Source: Candidatus Saccharimonadota bacterium (lineage in GTDB: Bacteria > Patescibacteriota > Gracilibacteria > BD1-5 > UBA2023). Taken from it: a DNA stretch of 32,000 nt. This document shows positions 1 through 10,648 of this stretch, piece by piece (positions within the stretch are counted from its first letter, which is position 1; the number at the start of each line of letters is the position of its first letter). Where the stretch lies: positions 510,001 through 542,000 of the forward strand of contig JAXLZO010000001.1 of assembly GCA_046350815.1 (NCBI GenBank). Reading direction: 5' to 3'. The notes under the pieces were generated by a model. That model did not search any database, was not told where the DNA came from, and saw only the letters and a program-made list of their open reading frames with translations. The position numbers were made by a program, and so were the translations under genes.

Positions 1-51
1 AGAATGGCTCTAAGATTTGACCTCCTATGGTAGCTCGAAATGTTGATTAAA

Positions 52-882
52 CTAGATCAATGAGATGCGATTTTGTGTTGCTATTTTATCGACTTCTTTG
101 GCGAGCATGATAATATTCTCCTCTTTTCATTTTTCATCTCATATGAGAGTGCATGCCTCACACTGATCTAGTTTTTGTACTGCGATGACACTGAGAGACG
201 TGAGTGCAGTACTGATAGCTATATATTCTGGAGCGTTTGGGTGAATTTTATCTCTCTGAAATTGGATAATTTTTTGGATTGCTTCGGAGATCTTTTGGAT
301 TTTTGGATTGGGGTGATTTCTGAGATGTTCTTTAAATCGATCTTTGAGTAGTTGCATCCCAAGACTGGAGATATTGCGAGCTTTTTCAGCTCTATTTGCC
401 AAGCTTTCCGCTTTTTTGATCACTGCTCATTTCTCGATGATCTTTAGTGCTTTATCTAGCACGGCAGTTATGCCTAGTACTTTTATCACGATCTCGATCG
501 TTCATTGCCCGAATTCATATGCATTTTCTGGGATATGTGTCAAACTCTTCCATAGATTGACTATCAAACTCTTCCAATCGATAGATTGGATCTTTTGTAT
601 AATTTCCTGGACTTTTATTTCACCCAGAGCAAGCGCGGCACCTACCTTGTCGATGATGGCATCTACCGAACCTTTAGCAAAATTTTGTGTAAATGTATTA
701 GAGGGATCGTATCACTCCTTTCCACCTTTTACTCCAATGTATGAGTACGCCTGTTTTCGACACTCCAAAACACACCGATCTATCCGATCTTGCAGAGATT
801 TTTCTTGATCTTGTGCAGACTCTGGAATCGGTTTTTGTTTTTTTGGAGCGAAATTAGTAGCACTATCACCAAATGATTCCAT
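52..882 (-). CDS. hypothetical protein (276 aa under code 25)
   Basis: One continuous frame from ATG 880-882 to TAG 52-54. It joins track ORF 139..423 to flanking pieces through 5 in-frame TGA (127, 139, 427, 502, 712). I walked every codon and found no TAA/TAG. No motif recognised. Confidence 0.5.
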
Positions 883-942
883 ACATTATCTGCAGATTTT
901 ATCTTGCTGATAATGTATCATATGTTTTTGCTGTTGGCAAAT

Positions 943-1731
943 CTACCACTCCACGACGACAGGGCAATGATCTGATCCCATCATATCACTGAGATAGGTT
1001 ACTTTTGGTTTTGTTTTCTCTACAAATTTATTGTCTGCCCACCATGCATCGATCCTCCATCAGACATTTCTATCTCGAGATTTGGTGACCGGATCCCACC
1101 ATGAATACACATCTGATATGGTTGGATTCGCGGCTCTCCATACATCTTGATGACCGAGCTCTACCATACTATCGAGCCAAGATCGTTCGAGTGGATGAAA
1201 TCCTATTTTCCCATCATTTTCTTTTGGTCGAGCAAGATCAATTGGGTGATGAGCACAATTGATATCTCCTCACCAAATGACATGTTCACCACGAGCTTGG
1301 TAAATATTTGTTTGTGCTCTAAGACACTCATAGAAAGCGAGTTTATGTTGCCATGCTTCCTCGGATTTGCCACCATTTGGGAAGTAGATTCCATAGATGT
1401 GTGTGATTCCGATGTCAAGATTGAGTATTGCATGAATAATTCTTCATTCGTTCTCGACGGGATTATCGGGAAGATCATGATCGACTGATATTACTTGTGA
1501 TGCGATGCGTTCGTGAATCCAAAGTCCTACACCGCTGTATCATGCTTTTTCCGCTGAATGATAGATCGCTTTATATGGTGCTGGATGGAGTAATTCTTCT
1601 GAGAGCTGATCGGATTTTGCCTTGATTTCCTGCATAAAAATCAGATCCATATCGAGAGGATAGATATCAGAAATATGTCATTTGCGCTCGATGGCTCGTA
1701 GACCATTGACATTCCAAGAGAGGATTTTCAT
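943..1731 (-). CDS. xthA: exodeoxyribonuclease III / AP endonuclease (EEP fold)
   Basis: ATG at 1729-1731, TAG at 943-945, 262 aa. Translation MKILSWNVNGLRAIERK..IWGGDINCAHHPIDLARPKENDGKIGFHP..MGSDHCPVVVEW carries the ExoIII signatures WNVNGLRA, GD-N-AH and SDHCPV. 5 in-frame TGA, so it is absent as a single ORF in the standard-code track. Confidence 0.9.
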
Positions 1732-1739
1732 AGTGGGAA

Positions 1740-2675
<936 letters not shown>

Positions 2676-2858
2676 TCAAACGATCTCAGTATAGACAGAG
2701 AGGAGATGAGGGCAAATGAAAATTGTATAGTCAATTAGTATTGCTTATATCTCATTCAATGCTTTGTTATTCTCATAATTTAAAGACCCCATCCCTTATT
2801 TTAGTATTAGCATTTGATTAAGAATCATCAGTATAATCAAATTAATTTGAATAGTATC

Positions 2859-3248
2859 TTAATCTTTTTTTAAGGAGCAAATATCTTTGAATAGAGCATC
2901 TTTTTTGCAATAGTTGTATGGTTTTTTATCTGAAGTAAGAGATACCTCAGAATAATCATCATAATTTTTAATAAAGAAATCTTTCGAATAATAAATTACT
3001 TGCTCATCAGTGGGGAGGTTAGGATGAATTAAATAACTCACTATAAAATAAGATGATATTATCAGACCTACTGCAGTTGGAAATGCTAATCTGATAATTA
3101 TCAATACTCAAAGAATTTCTTTTGAATTATTTGGTGTAATGTCCAGTAGAGTATAAACATTATAAATAAGATAAATAAAGCTATCTCATATGTTCAAGTG
3201 TAATCAACGGCTCTGAGTCCAGCACAAAAAATGGTACTCAGTTAACAT
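2859..3248 (-). CDS. hypothetical small membrane protein
   Basis: Track ORF 2859..3104 (TTG start) stays open upstream through 3 TGA to ATG 3246-3248. Contains the hydrophobic segment IIIRLAFPTAVGLIISSYFIVSYL. Start is ambiguous (3248 ATG or 3104 TTG). No homology recognised. Confidence 0.35.
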
Positions 3249-3588
3249 GCAAGTAATACTTTCTTGCTGTTTCTAGGACTATGATAAGTAATCATATATA
3301 TGATATATTTTTTATAACTGTATTAGAATTTTCCCATAATAATTCATCTGTATTTATCTGTTGGTCTCAACACTGTTCGTGAATGCTCTTTTTGGAGTTA
3401 ACTTTTTTGTTTGGCATATCTCTGTAAACACATCTATTATACACTGAATCTTAAATACTTACCATAATAATTTTAACGAAAGTAATTATACCTCTGAATA
3501 ATTCAAATATTCCATTGAGGCTATTTGAGTATAAATTTCCTTGTTAAAATCTTCTATCTGCTTACAGTATCATATCATATAGAACTTT

Positions 3589-4998
3589 ATGCATCTTCAT
3601 ATTATCGGCATCGGTGGCATCGGCGTTTCTGCTCTTGCTCGCTTCTATCGTCGCTCGCTTGGTTGGCACGTGACTGGGAGTGATGCGAGTGATTTTTCCT
3701 TTCGTGAGCGTCTTGAGTCTGAATGAATAGATGTTTCCATCGGGCATTCAGCGGAAGTAATCACATCTGATACAGATCTGGTGATTTACTCTGAGGCAAT
3801 TATTACGAAGCCGGATCTGAGCTATGCTGAGAATCTTGAGGCAATACCAGAGCTCAAGCGAGCGAAGGAACTTGGAATCCGATCTCTCTCATATCCACAG
3901 GCTCTCTCAGAAATATTCGATGAGCGACAGGGGATTGCTGTGACAGGATCGCATGGGAAATCCACAACCACCGCTATGATTGGTGTCATGCTACAAAATA
4001 CTCCAAAAGCATCGAGTGTGATCGTCGGTACGCAAGTTCCACAGTTTGGTCAGTCCAATTTTTGGAATGCTGAAAGTTCATCCTATTTCACGATCGAAGC
4101 GTGTGAGTACAAGCGATCCTTTCTCGCATATCATCCATACATAACGGTTATCACAAATATTGATCTTGACCATCTTGATTATTACAAAAATCTTGATGAT
4201 TATTTCTCGGCATTTGATTCGATCATTCGTCAAACTCGAGGGTATGTGGTGATGAGATGGGATGATGAGCGAAGTAAAGAGCTCTACCATCGTATCTATG
4301 GATGAATAAATACAGCATGACTTCCGATCCCAGTGATGGTTGGTGAAGGGAAAATAGTTACGATTGTGAATGGTGAAATGAAGTTTGAAGATCTACCATC
4401 ATCGTGGAATCTCCAAGTGCCAGGTGATCATCTCGAACATGATGCGGAGCTTGCCTATGCGGTTGGTCGGATTCTTGGGCTTGATAGTATGATACTTATC
4501 TCAGGTCTCGAATCATATCAGGGTTCATGGAGACGTTCTGAGGTGGTGGGGGAGACAAAAAATCGAAACATACTAATGTCTGACTATGGGCATCATCCTG
4601 AAGAGATCAAACCAACCTTAAAAGCGATCAAACAAAAATATTCAGCTCGCAAGCTCTTTGTGGTATTTCAACCTCATCAATATTCACGTACGAGAGAATT
4701 ACTTTCAGAATTTGCAACATCGTTTGACGATGCGGATGAACTCATGATCCCGAATATTTATTTTTCACGTGATAAAGCGGAAGATGTGGAATATATGACG
4801 ATGGATCGACTCATAACTTTACTCCAGTCTCGTTACCCATGAGTTCAAAATGGTCAAGGACTGGAGGAGACAGCACGATATATCGAGTACTATGATCATT
4901 CTTTCCCAAATTCCTCCGTCATCCTCTTGCTGGGTGCAGGTGATGTAGATAGTTTGCGTGAAGATATTCCGGTGAAAATACTGACTATCGAGTGATAA
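3589..4998 (+). CDS. murC: UDP-N-acetylmuramate--L-alanine ligase
   Basis: ATG 3589. Starts MHLHIIGIGGIGVSALARFY (N-terminal Rossmann) and has the GSHGKSTT P-loop, DLDHLDYY and DYGHHPEEI. Track ORFs 3781..4305 and 4333..4842 plus flanks are all in frame 1, joined by 5 TGA (3724, 4303, 4318, 4840, 4993). Ends TGA-TAA at 4993-4998. Confidence 0.92.
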
Positions 4999-5011
4999 GA
5001 TATTTTTTAAT

Positions 5012-5060
5012 AAAAACACACAACCCATCTTTTGCAAGATGATTTCTGTGTGTTTTTTTG
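5012..5060 (+). terminator. intrinsic terminator after murC
   Basis: aaaacacaca...tgtgtgttttttt long hairpin with an inner catctt/aagatg stem, followed by a T-run. Confidence 0.6.
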
Positions 5061-5115
5061 CAATTTACACGTTTGTATACTATCCTAAAAGAGACTAATT
5101 TTTATCTTTTTCTCT

Positions 5116-7500
5116 ATGAGATTCTCACGAAAAATCTTTCGTCGATCATTCTTTGATCGTTTGATGAATACATCCCGACTCAAGAAACATACACCACTTC
5201 GAGTCAAGCTTCTCACAACATTCGCAATTATAAGCCTCCTCATCAGTGGTCTGACATTTGCTCTCGGATGAGCAAGTGCTGCTATTACATGGCCTTCTGC
5301 TCCTGCCGGAGAGGCTACTGGAGGAGCTATTATGAGTTATTTTAAAAATGCTTTTTGAGATGCAACCACTCAGACAGAAAAGGTGTGTACTAATAGCTGA
5401 GTTGTTCGATGATTTAAGACTGATGGAAATCCTATATGTGCAAGTCTTTCTGAACTCTCTGGTGGGGCATCTACGTCTACTACGCCGCCCACTACCACTA
5501 CTACGCTACCACCTACTACAACAACCACCACAACCACTACGACATCAACCCCAACCCCAACTATTACTTCATTTGGTGCAAGTTCAACATCGATTGCATC
5601 GGGTAGTCCTACTACTCTTTCGTGGAATGTTGCGAATGCCAACCCGAACGGCTGTACTCTCTATGCAGGTAGTACAGCACTCACACCTAACTATGATCCA
5701 GTCGGAAGTAGAACCGTGAGTCCAACATCCAATACTTCCTACAAGATCACCTGTACAGGATTTGGTGTATCAAGTGTCACATCGAGCGATGTAAACATTA
5801 CCGTCAATCAGTTGCCAACTCTTGATTTCAAAGTGAATGCCGGTACTTCCGTCAATACTTCTGCTGGTGATTCTGCCTCCGTATCCTACAACGGATCAGC
5901 AACACTTTCTTGGAATGCCACGAATGCTACATCGTGCACACCGACGAACTTTACACTCCCGAGTAACTATCTGACAACCAACAAATCTCTCACTCTCAAT
6001 AATCTCACCACATCCCAAACAACATATTCCCTCAAATGTGATGGTGCTGGAGGATCCATAACGAAAAGTGTTACGGTGAATGTGGCGAATCCAACCTCTC
6101 CGAATGTAACATTAACCGCGTCATCAACATCTGTATACAACGGAACCGGTGTTACTCTCTCTTGGAGTGTATCGAATGCTACATCATGTGCGGCAAGTAA
6201 CGGATGGACTGGAGATAAATCAACAAACGGTGGAGCCGAACCCGTAACTCCAGCCAACAGCACAACAACAACCTATACTCTCACATGTTACGGACAGTGA
6301 AACACTTCTCGGAGTGTGAGTGCGAGTGTGGAGGCAACGGCACCACCAGTATGTTTTACATATACAACAAATAACAACGAAGTAACCATTACTGGTTATA
6401 AGTGGAATACAACAAGAGGATGCTTAAGTAATACTACACCAACCGTAGAACTTGATATACCATCATCGATTGATGGAAAGACGGTGAAGTTTATTGGAAA
6501 TAATGCTTTCGTGCTCAACAACCTCACCTCAGTGACGATTCCGAACAGTGTGACGAGTATTGGAAATGATGCTTTCTATAGAAACCAACTCACCTCAGTC
6601 ACGATACCAAATAGTGTGACGAGTATTGGAAATGTTGCTTTCTCTTGGAACATGCTCACAGGTTCTCTTGTGATTCCGAATAGTGTGACGAGTATTGGAA
6701 ATGATGCTTTCAAGTACAACAAACTCACATCAGTGACGATTCCGAACAGTGTGACGAGTATTGGAAATGATGCTTTCTCGACCAACGAACTCACAGGTTC
6801 TCTTGTGATTCCGGACAGTGTGACGAGTATTGCGGGTGGTGCTTTCAGGTACAACAATCTCACATCCGTGACGATTCCAAACAGTGTGACGAGTATTGGA
6901 AATAATGCTTTCGAGGACAACGAACTCACCTCAGTGACCATTCCGGACAGTGTGACGAGTATTGGGTATGATGCTTTCCGGAGCAACAATCTCACATCCG
7001 TGACGATTCCAAATAGTGTGACGAGTATTGGGTATGGTGCTTTCCGGAGCAACAATCTCACATCCGTGACGATTCCAAACAGTGTGACGAGTATTGGAAA
7101 TAATGCTTTCGAGGACAACGAACTCACCTCAGTGACCATTCCGGACAGTGTGACGAGTATTGGGTCTAGTGCTTTCAAGTACAACAAACTCACATCAGTG
7201 ACGATTCCGGACAGTGTGACGCGTATTGAAGATCTGACTTTCTATAACAACCAACTTACTTCTGTGACCATTCCAAACAGTGTGACGTTTATTGGATGGG
7301 CTGCTTTCAAGTACAACAAACTCACATCAGTGACGCTTCTGGGTAGTAGGGTAAATATTTGGGATGAGACTTTCTGAGATCAAACCAATTCCGCCTGAAA
7401 CGGTACCGTCTATGGTTCGGCTTATATGCAGAGTTTTTATATTAATAATAACTCTAACCAATTCGACAGATCCAAACTAACAAACTACGTAGTCCAATAA
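5116..7500 (+). CDS. secreted/anchored surface protein: signal anchor, Thr/Pro linker, 3 Ig-like repeats, ~13 BspA-type leucine-rich repeats
   Basis: Frame 1 is open from ATG 5116 (in-frame TAA at 5086 upstream) to TAA 7498-7500, with 7 in-frame TGA.
- N-terminal basic region plus TM segment ([19 protein letters not shown]).
- [27 protein letters not shown] linker.
- Three repeats with the signature LSW-x-NA(T)xC...Y-L/I-x-C-x-G.
- Then 22-23-aa units [22 protein letters not shown], typical of BspA/TpLRR-type LRRs.
It unites track ORFs 5716..6300 and 6316..7377. Confidence 0.85.
5473..5565 (+). repeat. Thr/Pro-rich low-complexity coding tract (ACN/CCN runs)
   Basis: Direct reading gives act acg ccg ccc act acc act act acg cta cca cct act aca aca acc acc aca acc act acg aca tca acc cca acc cca act. 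This is the linker region of the 5116..7500 CDS. Confidence 0.8.
6451..7345 (+). repeat. in-frame tandem LRR-coding repeats (66-69 nt period), including a perfect 115-nt duplication
   Basis: The unit ...ctcac(c/a)tc(a/c)gtgac(g/c)attcc(g/a)(a/g)acagtgtgacgagtattgg... recurs about 13 times. Positions 6853-6967 and 7051-7165 are identical over 115 nt (offset 198 nt = three 22-aa units). Confidence 0.9.
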
Positions 7501-7536
7501 CCCCATACTCCTTATTCCTCAATAACTATCACTCTT

Positions 7537-8145
7537 ATGCCTATCTCTTCCAATCTCAAAAAACTTACTAAACTTACTCTCACTCCTCTTCTCCTCTCTC
7601 TTTCATTCTCCCTCTCCTCTCTTCTGTTCTCACTCCTCCTTACCTCATGTTCCCTCCCGGGAGGAGGGAACAACGTATCGCAAGATACGTCACTCTCACC
7701 AAAACCTCTTATTCCTATTATCTCTTGATCAACGGTTATTCTCGACTATAGATTCTATTCTTCTGGTGAAGTGGTAGAAGAAGGATCATGAGCTACTCTC
7801 CATGTAGGAAAATGAGAAAAATTTCCCATGTTCGATACCGAGCTTCTTGGTATGAAAGCATGAGATAAGAAATCAGTGCTACTGCATGCATCAGTTGCCT
7901 ACGGAACCAAAGATCAAGAACAAATCGTTCGTCGATCTCAGATCACCCGATCAGATACTCCTGGCATGGAATGACTCTTCCATCCAAAAAGAATAGCAAC
8001 GGGATCCACGACCGAATGGAACAATCAAACTATCACCATTAAACAAATCCTTGACGATGAATTCGTTGTCATAACCTACCCAAGACAACACCCACTCGCA
8101 GGAAAAGATCTGACTATGGAAGTGGAAGTAAAGGATGTGAAGTAG
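7537..8145 (+). CDS. FKBP-type peptidyl-prolyl cis-trans isomerase, lipoprotein
   Basis: Signal peptide with lipobox LLLTSC. Under code 25 the frame continues past TGA 7726 to TAG 8143-8145 (5 more TGA). FKBP/SlyD-like motifs: LHVGKGEKFPMFDTELLGMKAGDKKSV, AYG, HPLAGKDLTMEVEVKDV. Confidence 0.8.
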
Positions 8146-8161
8146 AAGATGGTCAGAATAC

Positions 8162-8328
8162 AAGCTCCCCCTAGCCCCCTCAATGAGGGGGAACGAAGAG
8201 ATGTGCATATAAACGACGACCATAACCACTTTCATTAAGAGTGGTTTGTTTGTATCGTATCTTTCCGTCACCAGGTCGCAACAGATGGGTTCATTTCCCC
8301 CTTGTTGAGGGGGATTAAGGGGGAGTTT
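8162..8328. ncRNA. candidate structured RNA, unclassified (or composite 3' UTR/terminator element)
   Basis: An 11-bp closing helix (8162-8172 aagctccccct with 8318-8328 agggggagttt, one G-U) encloses three local hairpins:
- 8175-8191 ccccctc/aat/gaggggg
- 8224-8246 aaccact/.../agtggtt
- 8297-8313 ccccct/tgttg/aggggg
A cgacc/ggtcg helix (8217-8221 with 8274-8278) is also possible. G/C runs are unusual for this AT-rich sequence. It lies between convergent genes. Strand and class are undetermined. Confidence 0.35.
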
Positions 8329-8373
8329 CTTCAATCACAAAAAAATCCATGAAGCGTGATCTTTAATTGAACA

Positions 8374-8408
8374 AAGGAAGATCTTGAATGAGAATCAGGA
8401 TCTTTCTT
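8374..8408. terminator. bidirectional hairpin between convergent genes
   Basis: aagatcttga (8378-8387) pairs with tcaggatctt (8395-8404), one G-U, 7-nt loop. Extendable by ggaaa/tcttt flanks. T-rich on the plus side (tctttctt). Confidence 0.5.
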
Positions 8409-8432
8409 AACGGACTGTGGGCTTGTTTGAAT

Positions 8433-8972
8433 TTATTTTGGAAATTCATTTTTTCTTTGCTCCCTCATAGAGTGAGTTACCCGCAAAATAATTTTATCGC
8501 ACAGGGCTTGTGTATTTGAAGTAATTGGCATATCATCATTACACCATTCAATAAATGCTATTACAAGTCTATTTTGTTTCATAATTCCAATGTCACTGTT
8601 GTAGTCAAGAATATCAAGAATGATTGCTTGTTTGTCAACGGTAAAAGATCATGTGGTTAGCTCTATAGTCTTCTCTTGTATTTTGAGCCAGAGCTCTTTA
8701 GCTCAATCCTCACCTGCGTTACTCGGAAGAATATCCTGAAGATCGATAAGACTATCTTCAAGTTGTGGGGTGATGATTCAGGTGATAGTATGGAGTAATA
8801 CCTCGCGAACTATTTCTTCAAAGACATGGGTTTTGGTTTTTTGCTCTAGAATACTTCCTCAAAATGTGGGATATATATCATTTCATATATATCGAATGAG
8901 AGATGAATGAGATTGGAGGGACGATTCTACATTTTCTTCAATCGTATGTGCAATTGCTCAATGCATGGTCAT
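8433..8972 (-). CDS. hypothetical protein (~179 aa under code 25)
   Basis: Frame walked codon by codon from TAA 8433-8435 up to ATG 8970-8972 (alternative ATGs at 8966 and 9044). 7 in-frame TGA and no TAA/TAG. Not present in the standard-code track. No motif recognised. Confidence 0.5.
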
Positions 8973-9075
8973 ATATATAGGTGAATATCGATTAAGAATT
9001 CATATTACGGGTAAAAAAGAATATGTACAGCTCTTTTTTCCCATTTTTCAATATACTCTTGAGATAATTTTTTCT

Positions 9076-9729
9076 ATGAGAACAATCTTCATTGGTGATG
9101 TTCACGGCTGTCTTTTGGAGCTAAAAGATTTGATTGAAAAACTCTCGATAACTCCACAAGATCGGGTGATACTTCTGTGAGACCTTATCAATAAGTGACC
9201 TTATTCAGCTGAGACCGTACAATACGTCCATGAGAGTGGATTTGAATGTATTCGCGGAAATCATGATGAAGCATATAAGCAGTTTTTTAAACATTCGCAT
9301 TTGAGGCACTATTTTGGTCCGCTCAAATACGAAACTTATAAAGAGACGATGAGTCCAGAGGCACACCAGTGGTATATTCGTACTCCTATCTATATCGAGT
9401 CTGATGAATGGATTGCGGTCCATGCTGGACTTGAGCCGGGCAATGATCCTGCTGATACTGCAAAGAAAATTCTTATGAATATTCGTACATGGGATGAACT
9501 TGGAATAGACCTCGATGATCTTGATAATCCACCTTGGCACAGTCTCTATCGTGAATCGAAGAAGGTGATATACGGACATTGGGCACAACAATGACTTCAT
9601 GTTACTCTCAATACTGTTGGAATCGATACAGGATGCGCTTATGGATGAGAATTGACGGCATATATTTTGGAAACATGAGAAATGATCAGTGTAAAAGCAC
9701 GGGATGTGTACACACGAATCAAAAAATAA
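9076..9729 (+). CDS. metallophosphoesterase, ApaH/PrpE-like (bis(5'-nucleosyl)-tetraphosphatase or Ser/Thr phosphatase family)
   Basis: Begins MRTIFIGDVHGCLLELKDLIEKL (motif I GDxHG). Continues VILL-G-DLINK-G-PYS (motif II GDxxxxGP, both Gly encoded by TGA), GNHDE (motif III) and VHAG..GHW. Joins track ORFs 8965..9180 and 9301..9594. TAA at 9727-9729. Confidence 0.8.
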
Positions 9730-9803
9730 TCTTGTAATTTTCGTAAATTTTTCCATAATCACGCTCCAAGGTTGTTTTTCATCAAATCTGAGGAGGAAAA
9801 AAT

Positions 9804-10169
9804 ATGAATACACGCCTTCTGAATCATCATATGAGCAGTGATCGTCATTTTGGTCATCAAGTATTTGCATTCCGAAAAGTGCTTCAGGATCATCACGTTC
9901 CATATCGCAAAAGCAATGTTCGCATTCTCTACGGTGCGGTATATCTTGATATAGGTCGAGGAGCTATTCGCTACTTTACAAGGGAAAATGCTCTGAAATT
10001 TCTACTTCAAGATGGCAAGCGTTGTTTGAGAGTTGCAAAACGACTCTTGAGTCGTTATTTTCGCCCAGTGCGAATCTTCGGACTGCAACTCTATGAAGCA
10101 ATCAAGTGAGAAATGGACGATAATCAAAAAATCCTCGATTTTCCGAGGATTTTGATTTGACAAAACTAA
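9804..10169 (+). CDS. hypothetical basic protein (101 aa to the first TGA; 121 aa to TAA under code 25)
   Basis: Strong SD gaggagg 7 nt upstream of ATG 9804. Possible promoter ttgtaa-17-ataatc at about 9731-9759. No internal TGA. The first TGA (10107) sits 18 nt before a canonical terminator hairpin; the next TAA (10167) lies beyond it. See finding. Confidence 0.35.
10126..10156 (+). terminator. intrinsic terminator
   Basis: aaaatcctcg (10128-10137), 6-nt loop, cgaggatttt (10144-10153). A perfect 10-bp stem with A-tract and T-tract arms. Confidence 0.65.
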
Positions 10170-10185
10170 AGAATAAGAAATAATA
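10157..10185 (+). promoter_or_regulatory. sigma70-like promoter for the 10268 gene
   Basis: TTGACA 10157-10162, 17-nt spacer, ATAATA 10180-10185. About 80 nt of leader containing a gactgt/gcagtc hairpin precedes the ATG. Confidence 0.45.
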
Positions 10186-10267
10186 CCGCCTGTCGCTCAA
10201 ATCAAGACGACAAGGAGACTGTGAGAAATCGCAGTCAAAATGAAAAAATGGTTACAAGAGGTAGCAT

Positions 10268-10510
10268 ATGACAAATTGTCATGGTGGTGTGGAATCTGGC
10301 AAGATCAAACTTCGCTATATTGAACGTTCGGGTGGAGTTATTCATGCTCCAGGGGAATCGCTCCGTAAATTTGCGGAGGCACATTGTCAAGAAAATCATG
10401 GCGGTCGTGATCGCGGATTTGTCCCCGTTGCTCGTATGGGTGGTAAAATGGCCTACTGGAAATCTGGTGCCTTGCATATTGATCAGACAGCACATCTGGT
10501 TTCCTTCTAA
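10268..10510 (+). CDS. hypothetical small protein (80 aa), Gly/His/Cys-containing
   Basis: ATG 10268 with an in-frame TAG just upstream (10262) and agagg SD-like sequence. Has its own promoter and its own terminator. 12 Gly codons, none TGA. Uses CGT/CGC/GGT/GGC codons and is visibly more GC-rich than its neighbours. Two overlapping alternative-frame ORFs are judged spurious. Confidence 0.5.
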   Translation: MTNCHGGVESGKIKLRYIERSGGVIHAPGESLRKFAEAHCQENHGGRDRGFVPVARMGGKMAYWKSGALHIDQTAHLVSF

Positions 10511-10530
10511 ATTTTCACATCACTCTATGA

Positions 10531-10560
10531 CCCGCTCTCAATGAGTGGGTTTTTCTTTCT
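10531..10560 (+). terminator. intrinsic terminator
   Basis: acccgctc / tcaat / gagtgggt 8-bp stem (one G-U) followed by ttttctttctc. Confidence 0.65.
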
Positions 10561-10648
10561 CTATTTCTCTAAAATAAATTGATTCTTTTTTGAAAAACAA
10601 AGGAAAATGCGTATATTCGATATTACCTTTGTTTTTTATTTCTCCACA

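Noticed and set aside
5348-5719. ORFs 5348..5719 (+) and 5370..5642 (-) over the Thr/Pro-rich tract.
   Set aside because: These are off-frame or antisense readings of the low-complexity ACN/CCN linker inside the 5116..7500 CDS (frame 1 is the one continuous with the flanking domains).
6576-7193. 205-aa ORF on the minus strand across the LRR array.
   Set aside because: It is antisense to a strongly supported coding repeat. The periodic repeat simply lacks stops on the opposite strand, and its 'protein' is a repeat of the reverse-complement unit.
6451-7345. Regular ~66-69-nt repeats that might suggest a CRISPR array.
   Set aside because: The repeats are contiguous with no unique spacers. They are in frame within a long ORF and encode a textbook LRR consensus. 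No cas genes or leader are present.
8146-8330. Possibility that the GC-rich element is SRP RNA, RNase P RNA, tmRNA or just two terminators.
   Set aside because: It lacks the SRP domain IV GGAA/AGCA pattern, the RNase P GAGGAAAGUCC box and tmRNA tRNA-like ends. The inner hairpins have no U-tracts. It is kept only as an unclassified candidate.
9205-9903. 232-aa minus-strand ORF.
   Set aside because: It is antisense to the metallophosphoesterase gene, whose motifs I-III are unambiguous. It has no SD and no recognisable motifs.
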